Below, one piece after another: positions 52,089 to 61,805 of a stretch of DNA of 64,000 nt. Position numbers and translations under genes: made by a program. The first letter of the stretch is position 1. Every line of letters begins with the position of its first letter. Source of the DNA: an uncultured Solirubrobacterales bacterium (GTDB taxonomy: Bacteria > Actinomycetota > Thermoleophilia > Solirubrobacterales > Solirubrobacteraceae); assembly GCA_903821395.1 (NCBI GenBank), contig CAIJLJ010000099.1:497-64496 (forward strand), in the 5' to 3' direction. The notes beneath the pieces were generated by a model. It searched no databases. It saw nothing but the letters and a program-made list of their open reading frames with translations, and was not told where the DNA came from.

Positions 52089-52450
52089 GGGGACGACAGG
52101 CTTCGACGTGGTCGGATCGTGGGGGTGGTTGCGAGCCGAGGTTCCCGGAGGCCTCGTAAATCACCGGGAAAACCATATGTGCGGACTCTCACGAGTACGC
52201 CCTCGCCGCCTAGCACACCGCTAGCGCTGTGAGGTTCGGAGCCCGGCCTGCCGGCCGTCGGGATCTCCGGATCAAACGCCGGCTTACCTGGGGAGGATTG
52301 TTCTCGCCAAACTGGGGAAATCTTTAGAGAACTGGCTTCACGCAACCCCGCCGGCGAGGCGAGCGCGAAGTGAGATTAGAGCGCCGGATACGCTCGTAGA
52401 CATCACCTCTTACGCGACCGCGGACGTGGGTTCGATTCCCACCGTCTCCA
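52089..52450 (+). ncRNA. ssrA: tmRNA; tag (A)ADSHEYALAA at 52181-52213
   Basis: 5' GGGGACG...TTCGAC, 3' T-arm GTGGGTTCGATTCCCAC, acceptor CGTCTCC-A with G3:U, internal ORF ending YALAA-stop. Confidence 0.96.
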
Positions 52451-52478
52451 TCAACATCGACCGCGCGCGACTGATTTT

Positions 52479-53159
52479 CTAGCGTGCGCCCCGGATCGGG
52501 GGTGGTGGCACGGCCATCGCGTCGTCTTCGTCAAAGAGGCCGCGGTCGATCGCATACTTAACGATGCTTGCACGCGAGCTAACGCCAAGCTTCTGCAGGA
52601 TGTCTGCGCGACTTGCCTCGATTGTGCGGCGCGAGAGGTTCAGCTCAACGGCGATCTCTTTGCTGGTATGACCCCATGCGATCGAGCGAACGATTGTCTG
52701 TTGGCGAGGGCTCAGCTCTTCCCGTGCGGGTTCGCGGTTCAGCTTTGTGATCGCGCTGGTGACGCGCGGGCTGACCCAATGCTGGCCTTCCGCGGCTCTG
52801 TGTAGCGCTGTTGACATAACGGCTGGGAGCTCCGAGTTCAATATGTAGCCCGCTGCGCCGGCGTGCAGTGCAGCGCGTGCCACCGTGGCAGACTCGGAAG
52901 CGGTGAGAACGACGATTGCTGAATCGGGGGAGACGTCCGCCAGTGTTCGGATCTGTTCGCTGATCGCGTCGGCCGTGGTCGGCAGCGCGACAACGTAGAG
53001 GATCACGTTGGGCGAGTGACCCTTTACTGAGCGCACGGTGGCGTCAAGTCCGTCTGTTGTCGCGACAATTTCGATGTCGGGGAACTCACCGATCATCGTG
53101 GCCAGCGCGCTTCGGATGAGCGACTGGTGGTGCGCGATTACTAGCGTGATGGGCTCGAT
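52479..53159 (-). CDS. Atypical NarL/LuxR-family response regulator (degenerate receiver; start uncertain)
   Basis: LuxR HTH LSPRQ...GHTSKEIA.ELNLSRRTIE; receiver-like sequence continues upstream of ATG 53096. Confidence 0.82.
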   Translation of the reverse strand: MEPITLVIAHHQSLIRSALATMIGEFPDIEIVATTDGLDATVRSVKGHSPNVILYVVALPTTADAISEQIRTLADVSPDSAIVVLTASESATVARAALHAGAAGYILNSELPAVMSTALHRAAEGQHWVSPRVTSAITKLNREPAREELSPRQQTIVRSIAWGHTSKEIAVELNLSRRTIEASRADILQKLGVSSRASIVKYAIDRGLFDEDDAMAVPPPPIRGAR

Positions 53160-53462
53160 TTTCCCCTTTCCCGAAAACTTCCGTCCTCAGTGAATCGAGT
53201 GGGTAGGCCAGATCCAGTATTGAACCTACCTTGGACGATAGGGCTTTGGCCGTCGTCGCGTGATCAAACGGGTAATAAGTACCACCGGAGTCGGACTAGA
53301 TGGTCAGCGCTGGAAGTAGTTAGACCCTCTGTCAGCGAGAAGGCGGCTATGCCTTGATCTGCAATCGTCTTGGCCAACGTTTAAACCGGCTGCGCAGAGC
53401 CTTCTTGATCAGCTGTAAGGGGCGGTTGGGAGGTCGGCCAGCTCCGCGGTTAGGCTTGCGCT

Positions 53463-54791
53463 GTGGAGCGTCCAAAGATTGCGCAGCTGACACCGGTTCG
53501 CGGCCTCATCGCCGTTCAGCTTGTAATCATCGGCGCCGCAGGGTTGGCAGCTGTTTTCTCGCTGTCGCACTTCACCGGCGACGAGCGCGCCCACTTCAGT
53601 TACCTGCAGAGCGTCGCCGAGCAAGGACGGCTACCGCTCCTCGGTCCATCGCTGATCAGTCCTCAGGTAGAAGCGATCTATGAGGGGACATATCCGTCAC
53701 CTGCACTCCACGACCCCGCCAAGCTCGGCCTCAGCGGCCGCAGCTACGAGGCCTTTCAGCCGCCGCTCTACTACCTGCTTGCTGCCGTTCCATTCCGGCT
53801 CGCTGGTGATAATTACGTAGTCAAGATGCGCGTTATGCGGTTGGTCGGGCTTGGGTTGCTGCTTGCCGCGGCGCTACTGCTGTGGCGACTGACGGTTGAG
53901 GTGATAGGCGACTCCGAGGAAGCCGAGCCGTACTTTGCGTTCGCGCTGACGGCGCTGCTCTGGCCGGGGATCGTCGTGCGAACCGTGACGATCTCAAACA
54001 GCGGGCTCGAGTTCTTGATTGGGCTGGCGCTGACTCTCCTGTTCTGGCGCGCCTGGCGACAGCGCAATGCCGGTTGGTTGATCGGCTCCGCTGTGCTGCT
54101 CGGCATTGGCTTGATCACGCGGCTGACGATCATCGTTTTCATCCCTGGACTGCTGGTCTGTGCTTTTGTCGTATTGCGTCAGGCGCAGATCTCTGCCCGC
54201 ACGCGCTGGCTTGCGGCGGCGGGAGTGATTCTGATCCCAGCGCTGATAATGGCCCCGTGGCTGCTGTCGAACCTTGATCGCTACGGGTCGCTGACAGGGT
54301 CCCGTGTCGTTCGCCAGCTGATGGAGCCGTTCTTCAACCCCAAAGGCATTAAGTACACGGTTGCCGACATTCCTAGTCGGCTACTCGTAGTCACTCGCGC
54401 TCCACTGGCAGAGGAGTGGTGGATTGAGCTCCTCTCGGCTTTAAAGCGTTGGGTGCTGACAGTGCTAATGACGGGGCTCGTCGTCCTCGCTCCGCTGGGC
54501 GTTCTGAGCGTGAAGCCGCGTGAGCGACGCTCGCAGCTGCTGGTCCTGCTCGCGCTGCCGGTCGGCGTTGGGATCGTCTGGATGTGTTACGTGCTGCTCG
54601 TCCTCAACTGGGATTTCTTCTTGCCGCGCTACCTCTACCCAACGATTCCAGGGCTGCTGCTGCTCGCGGCAGTGTCGCTAGGAAGGCTGCGTCACGGCGC
54701 GCGGGCGCTGTTCGCCGGGGCGGCTGTAATGACGGTTCTCCTCGCCGCATGGTGGGCCTACCTCGCAACCGTTGAGCCTTTTACCGGCTAG
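53463..54791 (+). CDS. GT-C fold membrane glycosyltransferase-like protein (GT39/ArnT-like)
   Basis: DERAHFSY, QPPLYY, RYLYP; about 10 TM segments. Confidence 0.7.
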   Translation: MERPKIAQLTPVRGLIAVQLVIIGAAGLAAVFSLSHFTGDERAHFSYLQSVAEQGRLPLLGPSLISPQVEAIYEGTYPSPALHDPAKLGLSGRSYEAFQPPLYYLLAAVPFRLAGDNYVVKMRVMRLVGLGLLLAAALLLWRLTVEVIGDSEEAEPYFAFALTALLWPGIVVRTVTISNSGLEFLIGLALTLLFWRAWRQRNAGWLIGSAVLLGIGLITRLTIIVFIPGLLVCAFVVLRQAQISARTRWLAAAGVILIPALIMAPWLLSNLDRYGSLTGSRVVRQLMEPFFNPKGIKYTVADIPSRLLVVTRAPLAEEWWIELLSALKRWVLTVLMTGLVVLAPLGVLSVKPRERRSQLLVLLALPVGVGIVWMCYVLLVLNWDFFLPRYLYPTIPGLLLLAAVSLGRLRHGARALFAGAAVMTVLLAAWWAYLATVEPFTG

Positions 54792-54825
54792 CTCTCACCG
54801 TTATGAGCTGCGGTAGGCTTCCGCT

Positions 54826-55617
54826 GTGACTTCGGTAGACGATCTGCCTGTCCCCGGCTGGTACGCCGACCCTCGCGGTGAGAATTCGCTGCGGTGGTGG
54901 AACGGGCGCGCCTGGACGGAGCAGACCGCGGTAGCGCCGGGTGGCGGAGCATTTGCCCCCCCGGTGGTTCCGAGTGCGACCGCTGCGCAGGATACGCCGC
55001 CTGCCGTCGTCGCCGTCACGTCCTCGCCGCAGGTAGCGTTCGTCGCCACCGCGGGCCGTCCCGCGGTTGTAGTCGCTGGCCGGTCCAGGCCACTTTCCGG
55101 CTGGTGGGCGAGGGCCGCAGCTTTCATCGTCGACTATCTGATCACCATTGCTTTTCTGCTGCCGTTCATAGTTGCGGCGATTTTGGTGGTCGCGGGAATT
55201 GACTTCTCGGTCGTCAGGATCGTGAACGGCCAGCTCAAGGGATTGACGACTGCCGATGAGGTGTCGATCGGGATCGCTGTTCTAATTCTTCTCGCTGGCA
55301 ATCTGCTGGTCAGCTTCACCTACCAACCGCTGACGATGGCCCGCAAGGGCGAACAGAACGGCCGAACGTGGGGGATGCAGGTCGTCGGCATCAGAGTTGT
55401 ACGACAGAACGGTGCTGCGATGAGTTATGGGCCGGCGCTAGTCCGTCAGTTCCTTGTGATGGGGCTGCTCTACGCGGTTATCTCAGGGATTGGCAACGCT
55501 TTCACCGTGATTGGCGGCACGGTTGCGATCGCGCTTGCCTACCTCTGGCCGCTTTGGGACAAACAGAACCGAGCGCTGCAGGACTTCATCTGCTCAACTC
55601 ACGTCGTGCGCGACTGA
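54826..55617 (+). CDS. RDD family protein with N-terminal DUF2510
   Basis: PGWYADP...LRWWNG..WT; RAAAFIVD, GRTWG...GIRVV, RALQD. Confidence 0.88.
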   Translation: MTSVDDLPVPGWYADPRGENSLRWWNGRAWTEQTAVAPGGGAFAPPVVPSATAAQDTPPAVVAVTSSPQVAFVATAGRPAVVVAGRSRPLSGWWARAAAFIVDYLITIAFLLPFIVAAILVVAGIDFSVVRIVNGQLKGLTTADEVSIGIAVLILLAGNLLVSFTYQPLTMARKGEQNGRTWGMQVVGIRVVRQNGAAMSYGPALVRQFLVMGLLYAVISGIGNAFTVIGGTVAIALAYLWPLWDKQNRALQDFICSTHVVRD

Positions 55618-55673
55618 TTCAAATACGCCAGTTTGAAGGCGGCAAGCCGCGCTGAGCTGTAACCTCGGCGGCG

Positions 55674-57086
55674 ATGCATTCGCTGCCTCTAGCCTCCGAT
55701 GCGCTAACGCTCGCACGCTGGCAATTCGCGACCACCACGCTTTACCACTTCATCTTTGTGCCGCTGACGCTCGGCTTAGCGCCGGTGATTGCCTACATGC
55801 AGACGAAGTGGTATCGGACCCGTGACGAATCATGGCTGCGGCTGACGAAGTTCTTTGGCACGCTGCTGCTGATCAACTTCGCGATCGGCGCCGCGACCGG
55901 TCTGCTCCAGGAGTTCCAGTTCGGAATGAACTGGTCGGCTTATTCGCAGTTCGTCGGCGACGTTTTCGGCTCAACGCTCGCGCTCGAAGGCTTGATCGCC
56001 TTCATGCTTGAGTCGACCTTCATCGGCATCTGGGTCTTCGGCTGGGGCAGGCTTTCGGAGCGGATGCACCTTGCCTCGATCTGGCTCGTTGTCGCTGGCA
56101 CTTGGCTATCGACGACCTTCATCTTGATGGCTAACTCGTGGATGCAGAACCCGGTCGGCTACAGCATCGATAAGGCGACGGGGCAGGCTCGGATGGTCAA
56201 CCTCTGGGACGTTTTGACGAACAAGATCGCGATCTGGGCTGTCTTCCACACGCTGCTGGCCTCTCTGATGGTTGCCTCGTTCCTGCTGCTCGGCGTCGCT
56301 TGCTGGCACATCCTCAAGGGCCGAAATGTTGACCTCTTCCGCCCGGTCCTGAAGCTGAGCCTCTACATGGCGATCCCAATTTCGACGCTAACGCTGCTAG
56401 TTGGCAGCGAGTTTGGCGTTGCTCTCACCGGGCCGCAGCCGATGAAGATTGCGGCCGCCGAAGCGCTCTGGAACTCAGAGCAGCCGGCGGCGTTCTCGCT
56501 CTTCCAGATCGGTGGCTTCTCGGCCAACGATCAGAAACCCTCGTACTCGCTCGATATTCCTTACCTGTTGTCATTCTTGGCGACTAACACCTTCACCGGC
56601 AAGGTCGAAGGCATGAACCAGGTTCAGGCCAGCGAGCAGGCGAAATACGGGCCGGGGAACTACATCCCTGACGTCAAACTGGCCTACTGGTCGATGCGGG
56701 GAATGGCCTACATCGGTTCGCTCTCGGCGGCGATCGCGCTGCTTGGCGGATTCCTTTACTGGCGCGGAACATTGGAGAGGTCGCGCTGGTTCTTGAAGAT
56801 TGCTGTCGCAGGCATTTCGCTTCCGTTCATAACAGCCTTGATCGGCTGGGTATTCACTGAGACTGCGCGCCAACCTTGGGTCGCTTACGGCGTTCTGAAG
56901 ACCGCCGATGGGCTTTCGCAATCGGTCGGCCCGGGCGAGATCATCGCCAGCCTTACGGCCTTCATGTTGCTCTACATCGGGATCGGGATTACGGCCTTCG
57001 TGCTGCTGCGCCGCTACGCGATTCTTGACCCGCCGCAAGTTGGTGCCGCGGACGATGCTGAATCCGACCCAGTGCCGGTGTACTGA
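55674..57086 (+). CDS. cydA: Cytochrome bd ubiquinol oxidase subunit I
   Basis: LARWQF...YHF, EFQFGMNW, NSWMQNP, QPMKIAAAE, ARQPW. Confidence 0.97.
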   Translation: MHSLPLASDALTLARWQFATTTLYHFIFVPLTLGLAPVIAYMQTKWYRTRDESWLRLTKFFGTLLLINFAIGAATGLLQEFQFGMNWSAYSQFVGDVFGSTLALEGLIAFMLESTFIGIWVFGWGRLSERMHLASIWLVVAGTWLSTTFILMANSWMQNPVGYSIDKATGQARMVNLWDVLTNKIAIWAVFHTLLASLMVASFLLLGVACWHILKGRNVDLFRPVLKLSLYMAIPISTLTLLVGSEFGVALTGPQPMKIAAAEALWNSEQPAAFSLFQIGGFSANDQKPSYSLDIPYLLSFLATNTFTGKVEGMNQVQASEQAKYGPGNYIPDVKLAYWSMRGMAYIGSLSAAIALLGGFLYWRGTLERSRWFLKIAVAGISLPFITALIGWVFTETARQPWVAYGVLKTADGLSQSVGPGEIIASLTAFMLLYIGIGITAFVLLRRYAILDPPQVGAADDAESDPVPVY

Positions 57087-58156
57087 TGACGCTTGCTCAG
57101 CTCTGGTTCTTTGTAATCGCAGGCCTCTGGTCGACCTACCTTGTGCTCGAAGGCTTTGACTTTGGCGTCGGCATGATGATGGGTATCGCGGCGCGCAATG
57201 AGGATGAGCGCAGCGAGATGATTGAGACAATCGCTCCGGTCTGGGATGCCAATGAAGTCTGGTTGCTGGTTGTCGGCGGCCTGACCTTCGCTTCATTCCC
57301 GGCTTGGTACGGAACTTGGCTTGAGGGCGCCTATTTGGGGCTCGTCGTGTTGATCATCGTGCTGCTGATGCGGGTCATCTCGTTTGAGTGGCGAGGCCGT
57401 GTGAATCCTCGCTGGCGCGGGCTTTGGTCGGCAATCAACATTGGTGCGAGCGTCACGGCGCCGTTGATTTGGGGGCTTGTGCTCTCGGTCCTGCTCGCAG
57501 GTCTGCCAGTGGCAGGATCTGGCCGCGTTGGCGAGATGCGTTACTTCGGCAACATCCTTGACTTCATCACTCCGTATTCGGTGCTCGGTGCTCTCTCACT
57601 GGCGGCGATATTTGCCTTTCATGGTGCGCTCTTCCTTGCACTCCGACTGGAAGGAGATCTCGCAGACCGGATCCGCCAGCGGATCGTCAAGCTCGACGCC
57701 CGCCACCTGCTGCCGAATCTAATGCTGCCAGCGCTGCTGCTCGGCGGCGGCTTCCTGATCGCGACGCCCTTCGTTGCCCACTCCGCCAACGCGCGCAGCA
57801 TCTTGCCTGTTGCGATCCCCGCGGCACTCGGCTTGATCGCTCTTATCGCGGCCGTGGTTAACGCCCAGCGCGGCGACTTTGCCCGCGCCTTCATCTGCAC
57901 TGTTGTGACGATCGTCGGCTGGGTTGCGACGCTCTTTATCGGCATCTTCCCCCGCATCATCGTGTCAACGATCTCGCTCAATGACTCGGTTACGATCGAG
58001 AACGCGCAGTCGTCGCACTACACGCTCGTCGTGATGACAATCGCGGCAGTAGTGATGATCCCCGTGATCATCCTCTACCAGTGGTGGGGCTTTAGGACTT
58101 TGATGGCACGGCTCGGCCGCGGCAAGATGCCGTGGAGCGCGCCCGACGCCAGCTAG
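57086..58156 (+). CDS. cydB: Cytochrome bd ubiquinol oxidase subunit II
   Basis: LEGFDFGVG, PVWDANEVWL, FPAWY. Confidence 0.95.
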   Translation: MTLAQLWFFVIAGLWSTYLVLEGFDFGVGMMMGIAARNEDERSEMIETIAPVWDANEVWLLVVGGLTFASFPAWYGTWLEGAYLGLVVLIIVLLMRVISFEWRGRVNPRWRGLWSAINIGASVTAPLIWGLVLSVLLAGLPVAGSGRVGEMRYFGNILDFITPYSVLGALSLAAIFAFHGALFLALRLEGDLADRIRQRIVKLDARHLLPNLMLPALLLGGGFLIATPFVAHSANARSILPVAIPAALGLIALIAAVVNAQRGDFARAFICTVVTIVGWVATLFIGIFPRIIVSTISLNDSVTIENAQSSHYTLVVMTIAAVVMIPVIILYQWWGFRTLMARLGRGKMPWSAPDAS

Positions 58157-58193
58157 CGGCAGCAACCGTCGGGGCGCCATATAGGCTTCCTCG

Positions 58194-59501
58194 ATGGCCA
58201 CTCCAGCTGCAAGTGCTCAGATCGCCCCAGAAGATCTCCCGTCACCAATCAAGGCGATCGTTCTGGCGATTCCGTTCGCTCTGCTCGGCTCGATCATCGC
58301 GACAATCTTCCTCTTCCTCGAAGACCACCTGATCACCGCCGTCTGGAAGGATCTGCCGAAGGCCTTGGGGATGACGGAGCCGGCCTGGTGGCTCGTCGTG
58401 CTGCTGCCGCTGATCGGCGCATCGCTCGTGATGATCGCCTGGAGACTTCCCGGCAAGACCGCTCTTGGCCCGCTTGAGGGGCTGCACTTCGACGTTACCC
58501 CGGCAGTCTTCGGTTCGGTAATTCTCGCTGCTTTCGGCACGCTTATCTTCGGCCTAGTGCTCGGCCCTGAGGCGCCACTACTGGCCTGCGGAACGGCGGC
58601 TGGCGCGTTCGTGCTGCGCCGCCAGCCTGACCCGGTAATGAAGTTCGGCATGTTGATGACGGCGCTGGCGGCGATCGCGGCGATCTTCGGCAGCCCAATC
58701 GTTGTCGTTTTGATGCTGGCTGAGTTCACCGCGCTTGGGCGGATCCCGGCGGCGGCGCTGATGCCAGGCTTCGTTGCGCTCGGTGTTGCCTACATCGCGG
58801 AGACTGGGGTAGGTGGATGGTCTGGGCTTGGCAGCTCGTCGCTGGCGGTCCCCGGGCTGCCGGAGCTCACATCAACTTCGGTCACCGACATCTTGGTCGG
58901 CTTAGCGGTCGCGCTGGTAGCGGCGATTGTCACGCTGATCGCGCGTAAGTTTGGCGAGCGCGTTGCGCTGATGGCACGCAGTCATCCTCCGGTGGTTCTG
59001 ATCGGCGTCGCGCTGATTACATCGGCTCTCGCGATCGCCGTCCGTGAGATTACCGGCGGATCGGTCAACCTGGTGCTCTTCAGCGGGCAGCTGGGTACGC
59101 CTGAGATGCTCACTGAAACCTCGCTTGGAGCGGTGGCGCTGATTATCGTTGCCAAGCTCGTTGCCTATGGCGGAGCGCTTGGCGCTGGCTACCGAGGTGG
59201 CCCGATCTTCCCGGCTGTATTCCTCGCCGTTGGCGTTGCGGTTGCCGGCACGCTGATCTTCCCTTCCGCGTCGCTTACCGCTCTCGTTGTCGCCGGTGTC
59301 GCGGCGGCAGTCGCGGCGGCGCTTCGTGTTCCCTTCACCGCGGCCGTCTTGGCGCTGATGTTGGCGACCAGCGCCGGCGCCGGTCACGCCGCTGCGCTCG
59401 CGATTTTCGGGGCAACTATTGGTTTCCTACTTCGTGTTGCGCTCGACAAGTGGGAACTGCAGCACGACCCGGCCGAAGCGCTGGCCGCCGCTCAGTCCTG
59501 A
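58194..59501 (+). CDS. ClC-family chloride channel/transporter-like protein (no CBS domains)
   Basis: LGPEAP, FSGQ, GYRGGPIFP; multiple TM segments. Confidence 0.82.
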   Translation: MATPAASAQIAPEDLPSPIKAIVLAIPFALLGSIIATIFLFLEDHLITAVWKDLPKALGMTEPAWWLVVLLPLIGASLVMIAWRLPGKTALGPLEGLHFDVTPAVFGSVILAAFGTLIFGLVLGPEAPLLACGTAAGAFVLRRQPDPVMKFGMLMTALAAIAAIFGSPIVVVLMLAEFTALGRIPAAALMPGFVALGVAYIAETGVGGWSGLGSSSLAVPGLPELTSTSVTDILVGLAVALVAAIVTLIARKFGERVALMARSHPPVVLIGVALITSALAIAVREITGGSVNLVLFSGQLGTPEMLTETSLGAVALIIVAKLVAYGGALGAGYRGGPIFPAVFLAVGVAVAGTLIFPSASLTALVVAGVAAAVAAALRVPFTAAVLALMLATSAGAGHAAALAIFGATIGFLLRVALDKWELQHDPAEALAAAQS

Positions 59502-59523
59502 GCGGCGGCTCTTCCTACGCTAT

Positions 59524-61680
59524 CTAGCCGCCCGGGTAGCCCCACGCTGAGGTGTGGCACGGGGAGCTGGCTGGGCACGAATCAATAATCCGCCCATTCG
59601 GCTTGAGGAAATCAGACTTCTGCTGCCGCGCGGCCGGCGTGGCGCGGGGCAGGCCGTGAGGGTCAACGCCGAGCGTCGGAGTGAGGTCTGCGGTCGGTGC
59701 CATTGGGTTCCCCGAGCCGCCCGCGGCCTTGAATGGATCGCTAGCCAGGCAGGTTGCGAAGATCGTGGCAGCGCCATTAACCGTTCGGCATGGCCCTGCG
59801 TCCCAGATCACAATTCCTGAACCTCCAGCGTTTGAGCTCGAAAGCGTTGGGATGCCCCAGAGCGGCGTCCTGTCTGCCGTGCGTGCGCCACTGCCCTCGT
59901 AGACGGTGGTGTCGTATACCGGCGTTCGGCCGACTGCGCCGATTGTGCGGGCCTCGTTCTCGGCCGATACCTGCGCCACCTGGTGGTCGCCGAGGGCCAC
60001 GTGCAGCAACACTTGGTGCTTCGGTGTGTTCGGCAGTGGACTGTTCGTCACGTGCTGGGCGTAGCCGTCAGTCTCGCCGCGATCCCAGAGGTTCTGGATC
60101 ACGGATAGAAGCAAGATTCGCTCAAGCCGGCTGGTGTATGCAGGCTTGAAGATGATCTCGTAGGTTCCAAAGTCGGTGCTGCGCGGAAGCAGCATGCTGT
60201 AGTTCATTCCAGCAACACCGAGTACTGCGCGCGTGAAATCGGGCGAGATTGCCGTCAGCGCGCCGCCAAGGATTGCTCCTTGGCTGTTGCTGTCGTAGTA
60301 AAGCTGGCTGGTGTCGATCATCGGCTTAGGCGAGGTCGGCGTAACTGCCGCGCTCTTGAAGGCAGCGTTAGTCGTAAAGCCTGATGGGCTGATCATCGCG
60401 CGGCCAAGCAGCAGCTCGTTCAGCAGTCCTTGCTGCATGCGGTCGGCCATCGAGCCGAACTTCGACATGTCGCCGAGCAGGTTGATCGCGTTTGGCACGT
60501 CATCTTCGGCCATCCCGATCTCTGGCGTTGCACAGAAGATCATGTTGTGCTCGCTCGCCATGTCGCTGACGTTGCCAGCTTGAATCTCGTCGGCCGTTCC
60601 AAGCAGTCCGTGGCCGTAGAGTGACGGCCGCGCTGGTGATGTGAGCGCGCTCCGCGGGATTCGGCACATGAAGTAGGCCTTCATCCTGCCCTGCTGCTTG
60701 GGAATCGAGCTGAAGATGCCCTTCTTCGGCGTGAGGTAGTTCATTGTCCCGCCGGCCGCGCAGCCCTTGCCGATGTAGCAAGGAGCGTCAATTGTGCCTT
60801 CAACTTCGCGGGCGATCTTCGGGTTGTCGCCAGCTGTGAAGTCGGTGACCTTCGTGATTGTGAAGCCTGGTGACTTGCCGCTTACCTTCTTGTCGGCGAG
60901 GTTCTTGTCCCCGATCGCAGCAAAGGAGCTGTCTCGCATCGAGAGCACTCGTTCGCTGAGGTTGCGACGACTTGCGACGGTGAAGTCCCACGCAAGGTAG
61001 AGCGAGTTACGCGAAATCTTGGCTTTGCCTAGGGTCGCGAAGATCGATGTGTAGCTTGACGCCCGTCCCTTGACTGAAGCGATTGGCTTGCCGTCGCGCA
61101 GTGACGCGAATGCTGCCGCTGCTGGGATCGTCGCGCCAGCGCCATTTTTGAGGTTGCGAAGGGCGACGATGTAGCGATGCCCTTCGGTGAAGTTCTTGGC
61201 CGGGTGGATCATCAGCATCTGACCGTCCGTCTCGGCGATCGCATCAGGGTTCGTGTCGAGCTCAGCCCAGATTGGCTGGCGCTTGCCGGTGGTCGCGTCG
61301 ATCACGACGATCGGTGCGTTTGCGTCGGCGTAGCGAGCGATGTCGGTGATTGGCGCGGCTCCGCTCTGTGTCAGGTCAAGCCCGGGAACGAAGGTGAGGA
61401 TGTTTGTGCCTGGGCTGAAGCCGTCGTTGCGATTCAGATCAGGCGGGAACGCCGACTTGCCGTGCACGTTCGTAGGGAACTGACCCACCTTGAAGTTGAG
61501 CCGAAGGCCGGTCTCAGAACCCTTCTGGGCGACGGTGTTGAAGTTGCTCGGATAGGGCAGCAGGCATGAACGCGCGTCTAGCGGATCACAGCCCGTCGGC
61601 GCTGCGATCGCGCTCGCGGCAGGAATCAGCGCTAGTGCAGCAATCAGGACGGTTCCGAACCCAAAACGATGCTTCGACAT
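59524..61680 (-). CDS. Large secreted alpha/beta-hydrolase-like protein
   Basis: Signal peptide, NDGFSP N-terminal domain, YGHGLLG, DSNSQG, GDHQV, DPH. Confidence 0.7.
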   Translation of the reverse strand: MSKHRFGFGTVLIAALALIPAASAIAAPTGCDPLDARSCLLPYPSNFNTVAQKGSETGLRLNFKVGQFPTNVHGKSAFPPDLNRNDGFSPGTNILTFVPGLDLTQSGAAPITDIARYADANAPIVVIDATTGKRQPIWAELDTNPDAIAETDGQMLMIHPAKNFTEGHRYIVALRNLKNGAGATIPAAAAFASLRDGKPIASVKGRASSYTSIFATLGKAKISRNSLYLAWDFTVASRRNLSERVLSMRDSSFAAIGDKNLADKKVSGKSPGFTITKVTDFTAGDNPKIAREVEGTIDAPCYIGKGCAAGGTMNYLTPKKGIFSSIPKQQGRMKAYFMCRIPRSALTSPARPSLYGHGLLGTADEIQAGNVSDMASEHNMIFCATPEIGMAEDDVPNAINLLGDMSKFGSMADRMQQGLLNELLLGRAMISPSGFTTNAAFKSAAVTPTSPKPMIDTSQLYYDSNSQGAILGGALTAISPDFTRAVLGVAGMNYSMLLPRSTDFGTYEIIFKPAYTSRLERILLLSVIQNLWDRGETDGYAQHVTNSPLPNTPKHQVLLHVALGDHQVAQVSAENEARTIGAVGRTPVYDTTVYEGSGARTADRTPLWGIPTLSSSNAGGSGIVIWDAGPCRTVNGAATIFATCLASDPFKAAGGSGNPMAPTADLTPTLGVDPHGLPRATPAARQQKSDFLKPNGRIIDSCPASSPCHTSAWGYPGG

Positions 61681-61805
61681 TTGTTATCTCCCCAGATAAG
61701 TTGCTGCTGTTAGCAGCGCTGACCCAAAGCTACCACGCTGGCCTTGGCGATGAGGCGGTTCGGTCGGCGCGGCACATTCCCACCTCGCGGTGCTAAACAT
61801 CGGGT

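Noticed and set aside
51980..52345. 121-aa minus-strand ORF
   Set aside because: Antisense to tmRNA with no recognisable protein features.
52421..52453. tRNA-like T-arm; possible integrated element at the ssrA 3' end
   Set aside because: It is the tmRNA tRNA-like domain (CCA not encoded, reads ATCA). No integrase or duplicated att was seen in the window.
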